Shown one piece after another: positions 61,738 to 64,000 of a stretch of DNA of 64,000 nucleotides. Source of the stretch: an uncultured Chloroflexia bacterium (GTDB lineage: Bacteria; Chloroflexota; Limnocylindria; Limnocylindrales; CSP1-4). The notes below the pieces were generated by a model. It was not told where the DNA came from, did not search any database, and saw only the letters and a program-made list of their open reading frames with translations. The stretch lies in contig CAVXLA010000004.1 in NCBI GenBank assembly GCA_963762445.1, positions 176,893 to 240,892 of the forward strand, written 5' to 3'. The first letter of the stretch is position 1. Each line of letters begins with the position of its first letter. The translations under genes and the position numbers were made by a program.

Positions 61738-62661
61738 ATGAACGTCGAGCCACGCCGGCCCTCCCGCCACGGCCCGCCGCGCGGCCCCGCGACGGCGGGC
61801 GACACCCTGTTCGCCCTGGGGCTCGCCGCCCTCGGCATCGCCCTGGTGGGCGCCTTCCTGGCGGCGGGGGGCAGCGCCTGGCTGGACCGCTACCTGCCGG
61901 CGGCCGATGCGGGCGCTGCCGCGACCCCCCGGCCGAGCCCGGCCGCGTCCGCGGCGTCGCCCATCGCGCCGATCGCCACGGCGACGCCCGCGCCGACTCC
62001 CCCACCCTCGCCCGCCCCGACGCCGGCGGCCAGCCCGGCCGAGGCCGAGCCCTTCACCATGGACCTCTATCAGGACGGCGTCTTCGTCCACGAGCTCGAC
62101 GACCAGTCCTGCGTGGCCGCCGCGGTCCAGGGCATGCTGAACGTCATCCGCCTGACCGAGGACGGCCAGGAGCCCGACACGACGGACGCCACGCAGCAGG
62201 CGCTCTACGCCCGGATCGTCGAGCTCACGACGGCGGAGGACTCTCACAACGGCGGCACCGGACCCGGCGGCTGGGCGGCCCTGCTGACCGAGGAGGGCTA
62301 TCCCTACGAGGTCCGCGCCTTTCGCTACCGGGCCGCCGCCGTCAACGCCGCCGCGGCCGCCATCCGGGCCACGGGCCGCCCGGTCGGCATGCTGACCTGG
62401 AAGGGCGTCCACTCGTGGGTCATGACGGGCTTCACCGCCACGGCGGACCCGGCGACCAGGGTCCGCTTCACCGTCGACACTGCCTTCGTCATGGATCCCT
62501 GGTATCCGTGGGTCTCCACGATCTGGCCGCGCTCGAAGGCCCCCGGCGAGCCGCACGACGCGGCCGACCTGAAGGCGAACTTCCTGCCCTTCAGCCTGCG
62601 CTCGGGACCCTACCCCGACCGTGACGGGCAGTTCGTGCTCGTGGTGCCGCTCGAGAGCTGA
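61738..62661 (+). CDS. Membrane-anchored hypothetical protein; possible papain-like (C39-like) cysteine peptidase fold
   Basis: ATG at 61738 (GTG 61681 also possible). TM helix LFALGLAALGIALVGAFLAAGG, Pro/Ala/Thr linker. Globular part has DDQSCVAAAVQGMLN (candidate Cys) and WKGVHSWVMTGF (candidate His). The fold call is tentative. Confidence 0.6.
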   Translation: MNVEPRRPSRHGPPRGPATAGDTLFALGLAALGIALVGAFLAAGGSAWLDRYLPAADAGAAATPRPSPAASAASPIAPIATATPAPTPPPSPAPTPAASPAEAEPFTMDLYQDGVFVHELDDQSCVAAAVQGMLNVIRLTEDGQEPDTTDATQQALYARIVELTTAEDSHNGGTGPGGWAALLTEEGYPYEVRAFRYRAAAVNAAAAAIRATGRPVGMLTWKGVHSWVMTGFTATADPATRVRFTVDTAFVMDPWYPWVSTIWPRSKAPGEPHDAADLKANFLPFSLRSGPYPDRDGQFVLVVPLES

Positions 62662-62906
62662 GGGGCCGGGCGGCCGGGACCCGAGGTGGGGCCGCCGAGA
62701 ACCGAGGTCGCTTGACCGACCCTCAGCAGAGGCCCCCGTCGGCGCGATCTGGCCAAACCCAAAAGGGATCGCCGTCGGCGTGCGGAGCGGGGGCCGCCCA
62801 GATTCTACCCCTGCATCCCAACCCCATCGTCCGCTCGCCTGGCTACGTTGCCGGACACCATCAGCCCACCATGCGTGTCGAGGGCTCGCCTGGATTCCGA
62901 TCGCAT

Positions 62907-62932
62907 TGAACGTTCGGCGGCCCCGGATCGTC
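62907..62932 (+). promoter_or_regulatory. ECF-type promoter-like motif upstream of the second sigma gene
   Basis: TGAAC (62907-62911), N17, CGTC (62929-62932), 10 nt before GTG 62942. Same architecture as 52669-52644. Confidence 0.3.
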
Positions 62933-62941
62933 AGGTAGGGC

Positions 62942-63523
62942 GTGATCGGCTCGAAGGCTGCGCCTATCGTGGATGCCATGGACCTGCCCGACGGGGTGGA
63001 CGACGTCCGCGCCCGGACGTTCGAGGCGCTCCTCGACCGAGGAGCGCTGGACCGCGCCTACCCGATTGCCCGGCTCATCCTCGGCGACCCGGCCGAGGCG
63101 GAGGACGCGACCCACGACGCCGCCCTGGCCGCCTGGCGACGCTTCGCCGAGCTGCGCGAGCCGGCACGGTTCGAGGCCTGGTTCGGGCGGATCCTCGTCA
63201 ACGCCTGCCGGGATCGGCTCCGCGCCCGACGCCGGCTGCCGATCAGCGTCGAGGCCAACGTGGTCGGCCCGCTGCGCGACGCCGGAGCGCCCGATCCGGC
63301 CGACGTCGTCGTCCGCAGGGAGCTCCTCCGGAGCGCGATCCGCTCGCTGAGCCCGGAGCATCGCGAGGTCGTCGTCCTGCGCTACTACGCGGATCTCACT
63401 GTGGAGCAGATTGCCGAACGGACCGGCGCGAGGACCGGCACCGTCAAGTCCCGGCTCCACTACGCGGTCCGGCGCCTCCGGGCCGACGTCGACGCGAGCG
63501 GCGAAGGGAGGACGCAGCGATGA
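62942..63523 (+). CDS. ECF-type RNA polymerase sigma factor
   Basis: 193 aa (the start may instead be ATG 62978). ...AYPIARLILGDPAEAEDATHDAALAAWRRF. Region 4 LTVEQIAERTGARTGTVKSRLHYAVRRL. Confidence 0.88.
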   Translation: MIGSKAAPIVDAMDLPDGVDDVRARTFEALLDRGALDRAYPIARLILGDPAEAEDATHDAALAAWRRFAELREPARFEAWFGRILVNACRDRLRARRRLPISVEANVVGPLRDAGAPDPADVVVRRELLRSAIRSLSPEHREVVVLRYYADLTVEQIAERTGARTGTVKSRLHYAVRRLRADVDASGEGRTQR

Positions 63524-64000
63524 CCCCCGAGCAGCCGACCCAGCCGATCCGACCGCTAGATCCGTTCGAGCAGGAGCTTCGGCGGGTCCTCGCCGACGAG
63601 GCGACCGAGCCCGCCCCGGAGCGGCTCGTCGGTCGGGTCGCCGCCATCCCCGGCGCGGTGCGACCGGGGGTCTCCTGGGTCGGCCGGGTGCGCGGGCGCC
63701 TGGGCTCCGGTCCGGCCACGGGGCCGGCCTTCGGGTCTGGCATCGGGCTGGCCGCGGTCGCCGCGCTTGCCGTCGTCCTCGTCGGCGGCTCGCTCCTGCT
63801 CGGCCGGCTCGCGCCACCCTCGGACATCGGCAGCCCGTCGAGCGGCCCCGTCGGCGCCTCGCCGTCGCCGGGTTCGGCGAGTCCATCGCCAGCGGTCAGC
63901 CCGTCGGCCCTCGGCCCGGTCGGCGGCCCGATCCCGTCCGGCTTCCAGCCCGCCTCGGCGACCTACACGAGCGCCGGCCACGGCTGGCTCCTTGGGACCG
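63520..64000 (+). CDS. Membrane protein co-transcribed with the ECF sigma (putative anti-sigma/regulatory partner), partial
   Basis: Not in the track because it is open at the window edge. ATG at 63520 overlaps the sigma stop (ATGA). MTPEQPTQPIRPLDPFEQELRRVLADE..., TM helix GIGLAAVAALAVVLVGGSLLL, then a Ser/Pro-rich linker. Strong GC3. Confidence 0.6.
   Translation, partial: MTPEQPTQPIRPLDPFEQELRRVLADEATEPAPERLVGRVAAIPGAVRPGVSWVGRVRGRLGSGPATGPAFGSGIGLAAVAALAVVLVGGSLLLGRLAPPSDIGSPSSGPVGASPSPGSASPSPAVSPSALGPVGGPIPSGFQPASATYTSAGHGWLLGT

Noticed and set aside
59002-62979. 1325-aa ORF on the minus strand, the longest in the track
   Set aside because: It is exactly antisense to acnA, which has unmistakable aconitase motifs. 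The product is Arg/Gly/Pro/Asp-rich with no recognisable domain. This is a typical stop-free shadow frame in high-GC DNA.

Overview
Very GC-rich (by eye above 70 percent) bacterial chromosomal segment with about 55 tightly packed protein genes, mostly housekeeping. I saw no rRNA, tRNA or CRISPR array.

Gene order:
- 1-28.3 kb, almost all minus strand: aminotransferase<-gatA<-gatC<-ligA<-pcrA; a lipoprotein; CIRCE-controlled groES-groEL; an aldose epimerase (plus strand); tatD<-metG. Then a 13-kb chain with no intergenic space, purA-purD-purB-purC-purS-purQ-purL-purF-purM-purN/H. In it purN and purH form one reading frame, and it is preceded by a terminator-containing leader.
- 28.6-30.0 kb: an intact IS1202/ISNCY-like insertion sequence with 17-19 bp target duplications, sitting in the divergent promoter region between purA and a GGDEF/HD-GYP gene.
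- 31.9-36.4 kb: an orphan ssb, a Ca2+/H+ antiporter, rsmI, and a split glutamine-dependent NAD synthetase (CN-hydrolase + nadE).
- 36.4-37.7 kb: an IS110-family element with a frameshifted transposase, ending 29 nt from the CN-hydrolase start codon.
- 38-51 kb: two convergent family-5 (Opp/Dpp-type) ABC importer operons. One has a frameshifted permease and a trailing membrane-protein ORF without a canonical start codon.
- 51.3-59 kb, minus strand: ECF sigma/anti-sigma, gcvPB-gcvPA-gcvH-gcvT, NUDIX, a hidden 110-codon ORF, and a DUF2520-type oxidoreductase.
- 59-64 kb, plus strand: acnA, a membrane-anchored possible papain-like protein, and a second ECF sigma with a partial membrane partner.

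The Gram-positive-type organisation (CIRCE, purS/Q/L, split gcvP, pcrA-ligA) in high-GC DNA suggests Chloroflexota or deep Actinomycetota. I cannot assign a taxon.

I did not find a clear new multi-gene system. The most interesting candidates are the unclassified purA leader RNA, the PurN-PurH fusion, the non-coding 5' end of the IS110 element, and two coding regions that simple ORF calling misses.

All start codons were chosen by eye from homology-like N-termini, RBS and overlap patterns, and may be off. The many long Arg/Gly/Pro-rich ORFs in the track are antisense shadow ORFs typical of high-GC DNA.
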